Part shown: piece by piece, positions 22,477 through 33,453 of the stretch
How positions within the stretch are numbered: position 1 is the stretch's first letter
How the letters are laid out: every line of letters begins with the position of its first letter
From: Vulcanimicrobiota bacterium
GTDB lineage: Bacteria > Vulcanimicrobiota > Vulcanimicrobiia > Vulcanimicrobiales > Vulcanimicrobiaceae
Assembly (NCBI GenBank): GCA_963723515.1
Contig: CAVRQT010000002.1
Location: 384,001 to 448,000, forward strand
Length of the DNA stretch: 64,000 nucleotides
Direction: 5' to 3'
Position numbers and translations under genes: made by a program
Notes under the pieces: generated by a model
Seen by the model: only the letters and a program-made list of their open reading frames with translations
Databases searched by the model: none
What the model was told of the DNA's origin: nothing

Positions 22477-22984
22477 ATGGTAAGAATATCCGCCGTATCG
22501 GCGTGTTTTGTTTTCGCCGCATTTTGTACGGCTGCCGCGTCTGCTCAAGCGTTGACGGGGGAAATGGCTCCCCTTCAGTACTTGGTCGGAACGTGGGACT
22601 GCTCGGTCGATGCCATGCAGCCTTCGGGCGCGATGCGGCATGACAATGGCACGCTGAGCGTTGCCGTAGCACCCGGCAATACGCTTAGTCAAACGATCAC
22701 CTCGCCGATGTTTTCAATCGTCGGGTTATATGGGCTACAACACCCAACTCAGCAAATATTTTTCAAACACGACGGACAACATGGGCGGCGTCGGCGCATT
22801 GACTGCCGACCGCGGAACACCCGGACATACGATCTTTACCGGGAGCGTCACGATGGGCGCACAGACTGCGCCGAGCCGTGAGACCGACGAGAAGCTGAGC
22901 GATACAAAGATTCACCATGTCGGTGAGGTCAACATCGGCGGCAACTGGACCAAGGTCGCAGATGCAACCTGCACCAAACGTTGA
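22477..22984 (+). CDS. Secreted beta-barrel-like hypothetical protein (DUF1579-like), frameshift near 22730
   Basis: Signal peptide, LQYLVGTWDC; continues as GYNTQLSKYF..ADATCTKR. Confidence 0.55.
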
Positions 22985-22987
22985 CGC

Positions 22988-24802
22988 CTAGCGCAGTTTG
23001 AAGTTCGCCTTCTTTAGATAGGTCGCGATCGCGTCCGCGATTGCTGCGCGCCCGTCCGCAGACGGCTCAAGATCTTCGGTAGCGAAGAGCGTGTTCGAGT
23101 GCGGGCGACGTTCGATCTCACGGAACGCCGGGTACAAATTCAAGATGCGGAAAGCCGTCGCATCGAGTGCGCGCAACAGATTGTTTTCGGCCGAAACATA
23201 GTCTGTGGCGAACGTAAAGTCGCGGTTCGTCATCGCCGGAGCGTAGCCGATCTGCTCCGTGCGATAGAGTTCCTCATTTGGAGAAACCTCCCAAGCGAAG
23301 GGCATCAGCACGCCCAGCGCAGCGCGATGCGATTGCGCGAGTGCACTTGATACAGGCGCAAACGCTCGCCGCACGACGTTCTGCCACGCTCCCGGCGACT
23401 GCACGACGAGCGGGTTGCGTTGAAAGCGTGACACGCCGTCGCAGTCGGCGACGAACGAATTGATCAAGAAGATCACTTGGTCGGCGCCTGCAAGCGTCGC
23501 GGAGGAGGCGTCGGGACACGCCACATGCAGCGGAACGACGCTGATTTGCTTGCCACCGACAAGCGTTCCGCGGAGGCGTTGCTCTAAGAGTCCGGCGATT
23601 GAATCGGCAAAACCGCTCCCATACCAGAGCAGGTAGTTTCCTTCGATGACGATGCGATAACGATTGGGCGCAGCCTCAAAGGACGACAACTGATTGAAAG
23701 CATGCCGCCGCTCGCGCATGGTGATGAGATACACTTTGCGTTGGATCGCATCGGCGACCGCGATGCGGCCATCGCTCTCGTTGACCGCGAGCCCCATCGG
23801 CGCCGAGAATTGCTGGCGCTCTAAACCAAGCGTCGCATCTTCGGGTGGTGTCGTGCCGATGTATTGCGGATACAGTTGCGCGATCGTTGCCACCGGAGCG
23901 AAATCTTCAACGTAGCGAACCGCCCCATCGAGCAAGTCGCCGTAGATGATCGTCTGCGCGGAGAGCGCTGCGATGCTATAGGGGTGGCCAAGCGGTGCGC
24001 CACCCTGCACGCTGTTCATCGAAAGTGGGGGGCTGGCATTGTAGGCCATCAGCGCGGTCTGTGATGACAGATCGTATCGTACGATGCGGTCTTTGACGGC
24101 GATGTAAAGGTAATCCGTCGTTCGGCTGCGAGCGCAGGCGACGCCGGTGATGAAGTTTACGCTAAAGTCAAGTGGAAGGCGGAGCGTCGTCAAGACGCCG
24201 CTAGCGTCGAGAACGCGCAGGCCGTTTCGCTGATCCGCGATGTAGAGAGCACGTCGGTCGCCGCAAATCGCTAGTTCACGCGGATAAGCCATCCGGTTCA
24301 CCTGCGGCGCTCCATCTTCAGAACCGGAGGTGCCGCACCGCCCGGCGACAGTTGATACGACGCCATCGCGAATAAAGCGAATGCAGTGGTTAAATGTATC
24401 GGCGACATAGAGCGCGCCGTCGCTAGCGGCCGCCAACCCTGCGGGCTGGTTAAACTTCGCTGTTGACGCCGGCCCGTCACGGTAACCGCCTTCAAACGAC
24501 AACGCGCCGGACGCCGGGCCAGGCGATCCGGCAACCGTTTGCACGCGGCCGTCGCGTGCTATCATGCGAATTTCTTGCCCCGCAGCGTCCGCAACATACA
24601 ACGTTCCGTCCGCCCCAAACGCGATGGCGCTCGGCATTTCGAATTGCGCTTGTGTGGCAGAACCGTCAGCAATGCCCGCATAGCCGCTACCCGCAAGAAC
24701 TGCAACGTCTGCCGCAGCCACCGTTTGAGCTAGCGCAGGTTGAAGCGTTAAGATTGAGAGCCAGAACGCCATAAGGAGCGAAGATGCTCTCAATGCAGCC
24801 AC
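22988..24802 (-). CDS. Secreted NHL-repeat + degenerate SGNH/AlgJ-like domain protein (paralogue 1)
   Basis: NHL repeats (FNQPAGLA..LYVADTFNHCIR); C-domain GNYLLWY and DLEPS in place of GNS and DxH. Start may be TTG 24793. Confidence 0.8.
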   Translation of the reverse strand: MAALRASSLLMAFWLSILTLQPALAQTVAAADVAVLAGSGYAGIADGSATQAQFEMPSAIAFGADGTLYVADAAGQEIRMIARDGRVQTVAGSPGPASGALSFEGGYRDGPASTAKFNQPAGLAAASDGALYVADTFNHCIRFIRDGVVSTVAGRCGTSGSEDGAPQVNRMAYPRELAICGDRRALYIADQRNGLRVLDASGVLTTLRLPLDFSVNFITGVACARSRTTDYLYIAVKDRIVRYDLSSQTALMAYNASPPLSMNSVQGGAPLGHPYSIAALSAQTIIYGDLLDGAVRYVEDFAPVATIAQLYPQYIGTTPPEDATLGLERQQFSAPMGLAVNESDGRIAVADAIQRKVYLITMRERRHAFNQLSSFEAAPNRYRIVIEGNYLLWYGSGFADSIAGLLEQRLRGTLVGGKQISVVPLHVACPDASSATLAGADQVIFLINSFVADCDGVSRFQRNPLVVQSPGAWQNVVRRAFAPVSSALAQSHRAALGVLMPFAWEVSPNEELYRTEQIGYAPAMTNRDFTFATDYVSAENNLLRALDATAFRILNLYPAFREIERRPHSNTLFATEDLEPSADGRAAIADAIATYLKKANFKLR

Positions 24803-26610
24803 GGTTTTTGTCGCTCGAGCGATTGCGCTATCACGTCCATGACACGGCTGCGCCCAAGCTTACTCAAATGAAGGTCGTCGGTTGCAAACAGCGTGCCGTC
24901 ATGCGGCGCTGACTCAAAATTTCGAAAAGATCCGAACGTATTGACAACCGGCGCGGGAACCGAGTTAAGCGCGAGAAGCCAGTTGCCTTCTGCGCTTCGA
25001 TAGTCTGACGGAAACGCGTAATCGGCCGGCGAGAATTCGTAGTATCCGATGTTCTCTCGGCGATAGAGCACTTCCAGCGGTGAGAGTTCCCAAGCCATCG
25101 GGATCAAGAGCAGCAGCGCCTTTACATGCGCGCGCGATAGCGCAGCGACAGTCGTGCTATATTGCGAGGCGATCGTCTTCTGCCATGGACCGGCCCGTTG
25201 AGCGAGCGCAGGATCGCGCTCGAACTCCCCCCTGCCGTTGCAGTCGATGTTATACGCATTGACGATGAGGATCGCCAAATCGACAGCGCCCGTGGCAAGC
25301 AATTCGGCATCGGGGCAGCGGCTGTAAAGGTCGCTTACCTTAACAGTTTTTTCGCGGAGCTCCCGATCTGTAGCAAGTCGTTCCTCAAGCAATCCGGCTA
25401 TGGAGTCGGTGAATCCGGCGGAGAAGAAGGCGAAGGAATTCCCTTGGATTGCGATCCGATACTGACGGGGGCCGAATTTCAATGCGCCAAGCGCCGTCTG
25501 GTAGGCATGGCGGTGCTCGCGCAACCGTAGAAAAACGATCTTTCTCTGAATTGCATCGGCGACGGCGATGCGGCCATCGCTATCGATTGCTATACCCATT
25601 GGTGCGGAAAACAACCTCCGATCTGCGTGAGCAAATCCCAGGGTGGAGTTCTCAGGAGGCGCACCGCCGGCGTATTGCAGATGCGGAAGCGGAATACCGG
25701 CGATCAAAAAATTTTCAACGTACCGCAGCGACCCGTCGTGCAGATCGCCGTAAAGGATGGAGGCTTGCGAAAGCGCGCAGATGCTGTAAGGACGACCGAG
25801 TGGCCCGCCGCCCTGCACGCGGTTGATCTCGATCCCGGCGCCGATATCTTGAATGATCGCTGCCTCTCGCGAGCGTAGGTCGTATCGGACGAGTCGATCA
25901 ACGTTGGCGACATACAACATGGTGTCGTCGCCCGAACCTACCGCGGAAACGCCGGTGGCGTTGCGAAAATCGGCATTCGACGGCGATCGAATGGTCCGTA
26001 ATGTGCCCGGCGGGCTGAGGATTCGAACGCCGTTTTTCTGATCCGCGATGTAGAGAGTTCCGTCGACCGAAAGCGCTAATCCGCGCGGATAGGCGAGCCT
26101 GCCGACAGGGGGTCCACCATCGGCGCTGCCTCTAACGCCGCAACGTCCGGCGACAGTTGAGACGACGCCACGCCAAATCAGGCGAATGCAATGATTGAAC
26201 GTATCCGCAACATAGATTCCGCCGTCGCGGCGAACGGCTACGCCGGACGGGTGATAGAAGCGCGCGAATTTCGCATCCCCATTTCGAAAACTGCCCGAGA
26301 CAAAGAGTCCCGAACCGTTTGCATCACCACCGCCGGCAATCGTTGTGACTGATCCATCAGGCGAAAGCGCGCGAATTCTTTGAGCCGCGGCGTCGGCAAC
26401 GTAAAGAATGTGATGCGGGCCGAACGCAACGGAGTCCGGCATCAAGAACGTCGCCCGTGAACGCGCGCCATCGGCATAACCGGCCGCTCCCGTTCCTACG
26501 ATGCTCCCAATTGTTAGCGGCGCGATACTCTGCGCCGCGGATTTCGAAATTGTAGCCCATAGAACGCAAATGCAAAACAAAAGCGTAACAACGGAACGGA
26601 CCGTATTCAC
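24790..26610 (-). CDS. Secreted NHL-repeat + SGNH/AlgJ-like domain protein (paralogue 2)
   Basis: NHL repeats; IAIQGNSFAF nucleophile block and TDDLHLSKLG (DxH). GTG start inferred. Confidence 0.8.
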   Translation of the reverse strand: MNTVRSVVTLLFCICVLWATISKSAAQSIAPLTIGSIVGTGAAGYADGARSRATFLMPDSVAFGPHHILYVADAAAQRIRALSPDGSVTTIAGGGDANGSGLFVSGSFRNGDAKFARFYHPSGVAVRRDGGIYVADTFNHCIRLIWRGVVSTVAGRCGVRGSADGGPPVGRLAYPRGLALSVDGTLYIADQKNGVRILSPPGTLRTIRSPSNADFRNATGVSAVGSGDDTMLYVANVDRLVRYDLRSREAAIIQDIGAGIEINRVQGGGPLGRPYSICALSQASILYGDLHDGSLRYVENFLIAGIPLPHLQYAGGAPPENSTLGFAHADRRLFSAPMGIAIDSDGRIAVADAIQRKIVFLRLREHRHAYQTALGALKFGPRQYRIAIQGNSFAFFSAGFTDSIAGLLEERLATDRELREKTVKVSDLYSRCPDAELLATGAVDLAILIVNAYNIDCNGRGEFERDPALAQRAGPWQKTIASQYSTTVAALSRAHVKALLLLIPMAWELSPLEVLYRRENIGYYEFSPADYAFPSDYRSAEGNWLLALNSVPAPVVNTFGSFRNFESAPHDGTLFATDDLHLSKLGRSRVMDVIAQSLERQKPWLH

Positions 26611-26681
26611 GACTTGCGACGCGCGTGGCTTAAAGGGAGCGATGTCGCTCAACGGAAAGGCGACGTCGTTTGCGTTTGGAC

Positions 26682-28631
26682 ATGAGACCAATTGGATTGT
26701 ATCTCTGGTTGCTCGGATGCTTCATTGCGGTGAGCAGTCTTGCAACAGGCGCTGCGACCACTTCCATCGTCTCAACGTTGGCTGGCTCAGGGTTCTCCGG
26801 TAATGAGGATGGTTCGGCGCAGGCGGCCCAATTCGTCATGCCGGCCGGACTGGCCGAGGACGCGGCGGGAAACCTCTTCATTGCCGATGCCGGCGGACAA
26901 CGCATCCGTGTATTGACGTCGGACAACACGGTGCGCACGATCGCCGGTTCAGGACCGCTGCTTTCATCAGGGCTGTGGAGTGCAGGCGGATACCGCGACG
27001 GCTCCGTTGCGATCGCGCAGTTCAATCATCCATCGGGCATTGCAATCGGCTCGGATGGCGCACTCTACATTGCCGACACGCTCAATCATTGCATCCGCAA
27101 GATATTCCATGGACAAGTGACGACCTTTGCGGGTCGTCCGCCGTTCTCAGGTCGAGACGATGGCGAAAGGACGATCGCCACGTTCAAGAATCCACGCGCC
27201 TTAACGTTTGCTGATGACGGAACGCTGTTCGTGGCCGATTACGGCGTGGGTTTGCGGGAGATTTCGCCGCAAGGAATCGTCCGAACCGTATCTTTGCCTC
27301 CTGGAATCGATCCGCGGATCGTCGCACTGAGTCTCTACCAATCAAACGGTCAACGCGTGCTCTTCATCTCCACGTGGAATGCACTGCTCGCGCTCGACGC
27401 GCAACTGCACCCTATCTGGATTCGCCGGATCACGCCGCCAAAAGCAGGCCCTAGACTGTTCAACGAAATCGGTCAATTGCGCTCCGCAGCAATTACGGAA
27501 AGCCGCGAGGCGTTTGGCCATCCCTTCGCGTTGAGCGCGCTCGATGGAGGAGGCGTCCTCTACACCGATCTGCACACACACTCGATTGGATACTTTCGTC
27601 GCGACGGTACCCAAACGACCACGGCGATTCTCAGCCATTGGCCGATTCCGGATGCCGCCAACCGCAGCGGCGGCTATCATGATGGGCCGCTGTCAGCGGC
27701 CCAATTCGATGCGCCACTCGCGATTCTCCAGCGCCGCAGCGGCGCGATCGTCGTCGCTGACAGCGGAAACCGGCGTTTGCGCGAGTTCTTCTTCGATCCG
27801 AATTCGCGGCTGCCGACGCCTCCGCCGTCGCGGCATATCGCACGTAATGATACGCGAACGTCTGGCGAGATCAATCTACATGCACTGCTCTTTCCGCGCC
27901 TTAGCCGTCGCTTCTATCGCATTGCTTTTCTTGGAAATTCCTACTCATATTGGGACACACGCTGGAAACAATCGATCGAAGGCCTGGTTGAGCAGCGGCT
28001 AAACGCGGACAGAAAGAAGCTCGGCCTTCGTAAACCGGTGAAAGTGACGCTACTGTTTCCTTATTTCGAAACTCTCGCGTCGGTTGAAAGTTACGCGCGC
28101 GAAGCGCTCTCACAGCGCCCATTTGATGCTGTGATTTGGCAAATCAACCAACAAACGGTTGCGCTCGAATACGGTCGCGAGCTCGCGCGAAGCGCACCCG
28201 GCGCTTCCTCGCGGCAAATTACCACCGCATTTGCAACCTTTTGGCAACCGCGCTTGAGAGCATCGCTCAAGAGAATTCGGCTTGAACTTGAGCGCAACGG
28301 CGTGAGGCTCTTTATCGCCCTGCATCCGATCGGTCTGGAGTTAACGCCACTCGAAGACGCAGAGCTCGAAGAGTACGAGGAGCCGTTCTACCCGACGAAC
28401 GGCTTTACGATTTGGTCGCAGTCCGACATCGGGCAGCAATTGAAAGCCGCTGTACGGGCCGCAGGCGTGCCATTGATTGACGCGTATCCCAAATTCATCG
28501 ACGCGGAACGGTCGCCGATGCGAAGGCCGCTCTTCGGCACATTGGACGAGCATTTCTCAATAGAGGGTCGCGTCCTAGCGGCGCGCATCATCGGCGATTA
28601 TCTCGAAGCGGCTCGTCCTTGGATGCGGTAG
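26682..28631 (+). CDS. Secreted NHL-repeat + SGNH/AlgJ-like domain protein (paralogue 3)
   Basis: Signal peptide, NHL repeats; IAFLGNSYSY and TLDEHFSIEG. Confidence 0.8.
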   Translation: MRPIGLYLWLLGCFIAVSSLATGAATTSIVSTLAGSGFSGNEDGSAQAAQFVMPAGLAEDAAGNLFIADAGGQRIRVLTSDNTVRTIAGSGPLLSSGLWSAGGYRDGSVAIAQFNHPSGIAIGSDGALYIADTLNHCIRKIFHGQVTTFAGRPPFSGRDDGERTIATFKNPRALTFADDGTLFVADYGVGLREISPQGIVRTVSLPPGIDPRIVALSLYQSNGQRVLFISTWNALLALDAQLHPIWIRRITPPKAGPRLFNEIGQLRSAAITESREAFGHPFALSALDGGGVLYTDLHTHSIGYFRRDGTQTTTAILSHWPIPDAANRSGGYHDGPLSAAQFDAPLAILQRRSGAIVVADSGNRRLREFFFDPNSRLPTPPPSRHIARNDTRTSGEINLHALLFPRLSRRFYRIAFLGNSYSYWDTRWKQSIEGLVEQRLNADRKKLGLRKPVKVTLLFPYFETLASVESYAREALSQRPFDAVIWQINQQTVALEYGRELARSAPGASSRQITTAFATFWQPRLRASLKRIRLELERNGVRLFIALHPIGLELTPLEDAELEEYEEPFYPTNGFTIWSQSDIGQQLKAAVRAAGVPLIDAYPKFIDAERSPMRRPLFGTLDEHFSIEGRVLAARIIGDYLEAARPWMR

Positions 28632-31240
28632 CGCCAAACGCTCTGTCCCTTCGCATTGTCGCCGTTCCAAAGAAGGCTTGCGACGGCGCGGACGGTTCCG
28701 TGTGGATGCCGCTGTAGCGCAACGAATGTGGCAAGTGGCTTTCCGTTGGCAATGCACGATATGAGCGGGCGATTCACGCCCGTGTAGCCGCGCACGTCAC
28801 TTCGATCGATCCATATCGGGTGAAGCTTCATGCTGCTCGGGCCACATGACACTCCCATTCGAATTGAAGCGGTGGGCGCCAACGGCATTGTGGATTGCAC
28901 TCGGATGCCGACGATGTCTGTAGCGGTGCGATCGACGCCGCGTGAAACGATGTCGCCGGAGAAAACGACCGTTGTTGCCGTCCTCGTCGATGAACGCAAA
29001 GACGCGCTCGAAAGCGACTGCATTCCGTCCAACGTTGGAAGGGCAAGCGCGACCCCGCTGCTCGATCGCGCGATCGGTCGTTCGTAATCGAAAACCGGCG
29101 GCACATTCGTTGAGGTGAGCAGCGCCACCCCGCCGCCGAGGCGCAGCAATGAAGCAAAATCGGTGAGCGGATGAACTGCCTCCGAAACTGCGACCACCTG
29201 GCGACCCCGCGGTGCCATATGGTACGAGAAGGTGCGCGGATAGACCACGATGCGCCGTGCTGTGTTAGGGACGAGATCGAGATCCGAGAGTGGCGGAGCA
29301 TCGAGCATCGCGTGCTTCTCTGGCGCGTCGGTCACTCGGAAGACTGAGACCATACCCTCGCGCGGTGCGCTCTGCCAAACAATATGCGCAGCGGGCATCG
29401 TAACTCTCTCATGATCTCTATAGCGAGTCCAAGCATTCATCAGAATGTACCGAGCGCCGATGTTGGACACCAGCTCACGTTGAGCGTGCGGGTCCGGCGG
29501 CAAAAAGAGAGAGCGCACGACGTAACCGGGCAACTCGAATTGCACCGCGTGCGGCGCGACAAGCGTCGCGATCGCAGTGCCGCGTGCCACATTGGCGCGA
29601 ATCCACGCCGTCGCTTCCTTTAACCCATAGACCGGTTCATCAACGCCCCACCGGCTCGCGCTGCAGCGAAAGCTGAGGCAGCCAAGCGTGGCAGCCGAAG
29701 CGTACGGAAAGTAAAGCGCACTCCATGTGAACGTCAGAACGCTCGCCGCCGCTACGATCGCTACTCGGAAACGCAGACGTGCAACCGTTATAGCATAGCC
29801 GGCGATGAGCTGTAGAAACGGCGCCATATAAAACCAGTAGTGCTGCAGATAGAACGCAGTCGGTGCGACGAAGAGTCTGCCGGCAGCGACGCCGCCGCTA
29901 AGCCACAAAATGCGAATGTCACGGCGCAGTGCGGCGGCTACGATGCTCACGATGAGCAGCAAGATCGTAATCGGATCGGTGTGGATGAACGTTTGCGTTA
30001 CCATCGTGCCGACGCGCGTTGCGATCGATTGCGTCAGATGGTAATACTGATCGAAGAGCAGCCGCGCCACGAGCACGAACGGCAACCGATGCGCCATATC
30101 GATCCACAAGAACGGCCAAGCGAAGACCGCACCGAAAAAGGCCGCCACTGCGCTCCCTAAGCCAGTCAAGATCGCGCGCAGCGGCGTAATCTTCGCCGCT
30201 AGCAGCAAGAGCACGGTGCTCACGAAGTACAATCCCGCCATGATGGGATTTCGTACGCCAACGGCGATCACACCGAGCAGAATACCGATCAGCAGCGCCG
30301 TTTTGCTTTCGTCTCTCAGTGCAGTAATCAAAAAAACGGCGCTCCAGCATGCGAACGCCACGTAGGGAATGTCAAGATAGAAGGACGACGCATACGCCAA
30401 GGCGAGCGGTGAGAAGATAAACAGCGCTGCGGCGAGTGCACCGGCCCAGCGATCAAAGAGCAACGCTCCGAGGCGATAAACTGCGAGAGCCGCCAAGGCC
30501 GTGCAGAGTACTGAAACAACGATTGCCGCATTCAGAGCACCGGTCACCGTCGCTATCGGCAACGCCAAGAACGGATAAAGGATCGGCTTGCTTAGACTTT
30601 CAACGCCCGCAAGTCCGATAATTCCACCGCCTTGAACGGCGATCGGTAACGCGCGCAACGTGTCGACATATCCCCAGCCGAGATAGCCCCAGTTGATGCC
30701 CCCGCCAACTTCGTCGTTGTGAAAATAGTGCGGCGACAACGCAAATACGATCAACGAACAAATAAAGACGAAGAGCGACCCAAGATCCAACTGTACCCGC
30801 AAGCGGCTCACCGGCACAGCGATAAGTTGGAGCGCCGCCAGAATACCGAAAGCGGTGGCAAAAAAAAGTAAGAGCGCGATCCACAACGGTGAGATCGAAG
30901 GCTGCATCGCCTGCAGCGTGATGTCCAACGCTCCCAGCCGATCGTTTGTAACTTCGTACGTGTCATTACCCGAGCTAATAAAGATCGCCGGCACGTCATG
31001 TGTTGCACGCGTGCGCTGAACTATCAGAGGGAATGACGCGAATGTAATCGTCCCGGAAACAAGCGGACGAACGATGATCCGATCGCCGAAGTGCGCTGCA
31101 ACCGGCACACCGTTCGAGACGCGCTGCTGCCATGCCGGAGTGTACTGCGTCTTTGCAGCAGCGAGTGCACCAGCGAAGAAAACGGCTGCCGCGACGATGC
31201 AGGCCGCCGCGGTAAAAGCCCGCGTTGGCGTCTTTACTGC
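28598..31240 (-). CDS. GT-C fold membrane glycosyltransferase (ArnT/PMT, GT39/GT83-like) with extra soluble domains; start uncertain
   Basis: HNDE, SKPILYP, VYRLGALLFDRWAG..LFIFSP, FYLDIP; more than 10 TMs. Confidence 0.72.
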   Translation of the reverse strand, partial: AVKTPTRAFTAAACIVAAAVFFAGALAAAKTQYTPAWQQRVSNGVPVAAHFGDRIIVRPLVSGTITFASFPLIVQRTRATHDVPAIFISSGNDTYEVTNDRLGALDITLQAMQPSISPLWIALLLFFATAFGILAALQLIAVPVSRLRVQLDLGSLFVFICSLIVFALSPHYFHNDEVGGGINWGYLGWGYVDTLRALPIAVQGGGIIGLAGVESLSKPILYPFLALPIATVTGALNAAIVVSVLCTALAALAVYRLGALLFDRWAGALAAALFIFSPLALAYASSFYLDIPYVAFACWSAVFLITALRDESKTALLIGILLGVIAVGVRNPIMAGLYFVSTVLLLLAAKITPLRAILTGLGSAVAAFFGAVFAWPFLWIDMAHRLPFVLVARLLFDQYYHLTQSIATRVGTMVTQTFIHTDPITILLLIVSIVAAALRRDIRILWLSGGVAAGRLFVAPTAFYLQHYWFYMAPFLQLIAGYAITVARLRFRVAIVAAASVLTFTWSALYFPYASAATLGCLSFRCSASRWGVDEPVYGLKEATAWIRANVARGTAIATLVAPHAVQFELPGYVVRSLFLPPDPHAQRELVSNIGARYILMNAWTRYRDHERVTMPAAHIVWQSAPREGMVSVFRVTDAPEKHAMLDAPPLSDLDLVPNTARRIVVYPRTFSYHMAPRGRQVVAVSEAVHPLTDFASLLRLGGGVALLTSTNVPPVFDYERPIARSSSGVALALPTLDGMQSLSSASLRSSTRTATTVVFSGDIVSRGVDRTATDIVGIRVQSTMPLAPTASIRMGVSCGPSSMKLHPIWIDRSDVRGYTGVNRPLISCIANGKPLATFVALQRHPHGTVRAVASLLWNGDNAKGQSVWRYRIQGRAASR

Positions 31241-32076
31241 TTCGTAAGCACGAATGCGAAATTCAGGTAGATCGCAGGATCGATTTTCGTGCCGTTCTGA
31301 ATTCGGTATACTTTCGGATCCAAGCCGCAGGCCAACGCAGTTTGGATGCAGCGCCGCCAAAGGGCGTCCATACTGTAGTGCCGCCCAAACCGATTCGCAA
31401 ATCCAAAACTGGCAACCGTTGCTGCGGCTGCATCGAAGCCGACGGGCGTTTTCGAATAGAGGGGATCGGTTAGGTTGATGTACTCCTCGTGAAGATAGAG
31501 CGGTAAAATCGCCGCTTTGCGCCCCCGCTTCAGCACCCGTGCAGCTTCCTGCAAAAACCGTGAGTCTGCATCACCTTCGAAGTGGTCGAACGAGCAGTGC
31601 AGCGTCATTCCATCCGCACAACTGTCCGGCAAATCCATGGCGCATGCATCGCCGCCCAAACGGTCGTGATGCAAACCCCCGTCGAAAGCTTGATCCTGAG
31701 CGATTACGGTGTGGCCGCGGCGACGCATGATTTCGGCGAACAACGATTGACCGGCAGCAACGTCAATTAAGAACCCGTGTGAGGGCAGTTGCAAGAGGTC
31801 AACGGAAACTTGATGCTCGAGATATTTCTCGTTACGATTGACGATGTAGGAGAGAAGCGGATATTTTGCGTCGCGCACCCACGCTGAATAGCGCGCTGGA
31901 TCAACGACGTACTCACCCCCAACGATCGCCGGATAGCGCTGGTTCAAAGCGTGCCAAAGTGCATTGTAGTCCGGCGTTGCGAAATCGGTACGCATCGGAT
32001 GCTCTCGCAAGTATGCGTTGGCCCGCGCACGACTGTAGAGCGACGCTGACGCCTTCTTTCCGTAGTAGAGCAACAT
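31234..32076 (-). CDS. Class I SAM-dependent methyltransferase
   Basis: LIDVAAG, GDACAMDLPD, SFDHF, EAARVLKRG. Confidence 0.78.
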   Translation of the reverse strand: MLLYYGKKASASLYSRARANAYLREHPMRTDFATPDYNALWHALNQRYPAIVGGEYVVDPARYSAWVRDAKYPLLSYIVNRNEKYLEHQVSVDLLQLPSHGFLIDVAAGQSLFAEIMRRRGHTVIAQDQAFDGGLHHDRLGGDACAMDLPDSCADGMTLHCSFDHFEGDADSRFLQEAARVLKRGRKAAILPLYLHEEYINLTDPLYSKTPVGFDAAAATVASFGFANRFGRHYSMDALWRRCIQTALACGLDPKVYRIQNGTKIDPAIYLNFAFVLTKQ

Positions 32077-32109
32077 CTTTAGCGTGAAGCGATTATCGTT
32101 TTGCCGCCG

Positions 32110-33453
32110 TCATTCCGTATCCGGCGGTTTCATGCTCGGACGGCGATTGAGAAAGTCACGTGCTTTCAAGCGCGTCGCGAACGGCGTAAACGGGCTCACC
32201 GGTTGCGTGTAATTGAAGAAATCTGACAGATCATCAGCGCGGGCATCTGTTGCGCCAAGCGAAGGGATCTGGAGCGTCGTCTCCATGAAATGCAGGACGC
32301 TGCCGAACTCGTGCTGGGCATGCGAGACGTAATGCTTCTTGACATATGGTGAGACAACAATCATCGGCACGCGAAAACCGAGTCCTTCAAAGTCGAGTTG
32401 CGGCGGAGCAACATGGTCGTACCAGCCGCCCCAATCGTCCCAGAGGATAAAGATCGCCGTCGTGGGCCAGAATTGACTTTGCCCGATCGCGTTGACGATC
32501 GATGTTACCCATTGCGGTCCCGTGTTGCTGCCGGCTCTGCCGTGGTCTGAATTCAAATAGTCCGGCGTGACCCACGTGATCGTCGCAAGATTGCCGGCCG
32601 CAATATCTGAGAGCACTTTCGTTTCCGGCGAAATCACTTTTGTGGCCCAGTCGGGACCATAACGGATGTCCTTGATCGCATCGTATGCGGACCATAGGAC
32701 GCCGATATCTTCATTTGGTCCGGTGAACGCCGGCGCATATGCATGCCAACTGATTCCGAGATGGTCGAGCTCATCGCCCATCGATTGATAGGTGTAGCAT
32801 GGCGGCGGTCCGTTGATCACTTGACCTTGCGCATTGAATTGCAACATGTACGCGCCGGCAGGCGAATCGCAGCCCCAGGGAATGACGACCTGCGGCGGAG
32901 TCCCCATCAAGGGCAGATCGATCGTGTTGTTTGATTGTCCCGCAATCAAATATTGATGCGCAACGAAACTAGCCCCGTCGTTTGATTGAAAGAGATCATC
33001 GGCCAGCGCATAGGAGGACGCCATCGCCCAATACGGCGCAATCTCCGAGCGATTCACATGCGCGTATGCGTAGTCAGGTTCGCTGCGCGGAAACGACACG
33101 TTCAAATCGAATCCGTTCATCGCGCCGCCGTTGTACGAGTAGAGAAAGTCTCGGCGCGAGTGACCGAGATCGTTGCCGTCTTCGAGGTTCACTTGGTGAA
33201 GCAAAACGGTGGTGCCGTCGTGCGCCTTGCCGCTTGCGGCCGTGTTTGCTCCCGGAAACCCGCTGAAGAGGTTATCGAAACTGCGGTTCTCTTGGATGAT
33301 GACGACGATGTGCTGAATCGGCGACTTCATTTGCGGCGTTGGCCCCTGCGGAATCGAGCTCGACGTGCCGCCGCCTGAACAGGAACACAATGCCGCAATC
33401 AGGGGAACGACCCCGGAAGAGAAAAAGAGATTTCTGCGTGCGTGTAATTTCAT
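32110..33453 (-). CDS. Phosphoesterase (AcpA/PLC, alkaline-phosphatase superfamily) lipoprotein
   Basis: Lipobox LCSC; IQHIVVIIQENRSFDN, SDH, WDDWGGWYDHV, GFRVPMIVVSPY. Confidence 0.88.
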   Translation of the reverse strand: MKLHARRNLFFSSGVVPLIAALCSCSGGGTSSSIPQGPTPQMKSPIQHIVVIIQENRSFDNLFSGFPGANTAASGKAHDGTTVLLHQVNLEDGNDLGHSRRDFLYSYNGGAMNGFDLNVSFPRSEPDYAYAHVNRSEIAPYWAMASSYALADDLFQSNDGASFVAHQYLIAGQSNNTIDLPLMGTPPQVVIPWGCDSPAGAYMLQFNAQGQVINGPPPCYTYQSMGDELDHLGISWHAYAPAFTGPNEDIGVLWSAYDAIKDIRYGPDWATKVISPETKVLSDIAAGNLATITWVTPDYLNSDHGRAGSNTGPQWVTSIVNAIGQSQFWPTTAIFILWDDWGGWYDHVAPPQLDFEGLGFRVPMIVVSPYVKKHYVSHAQHEFGSVLHFMETTLQIPSLGATDARADDLSDFFNYTQPVSPFTPFATRLKARDFLNRRPSMKPPDTE

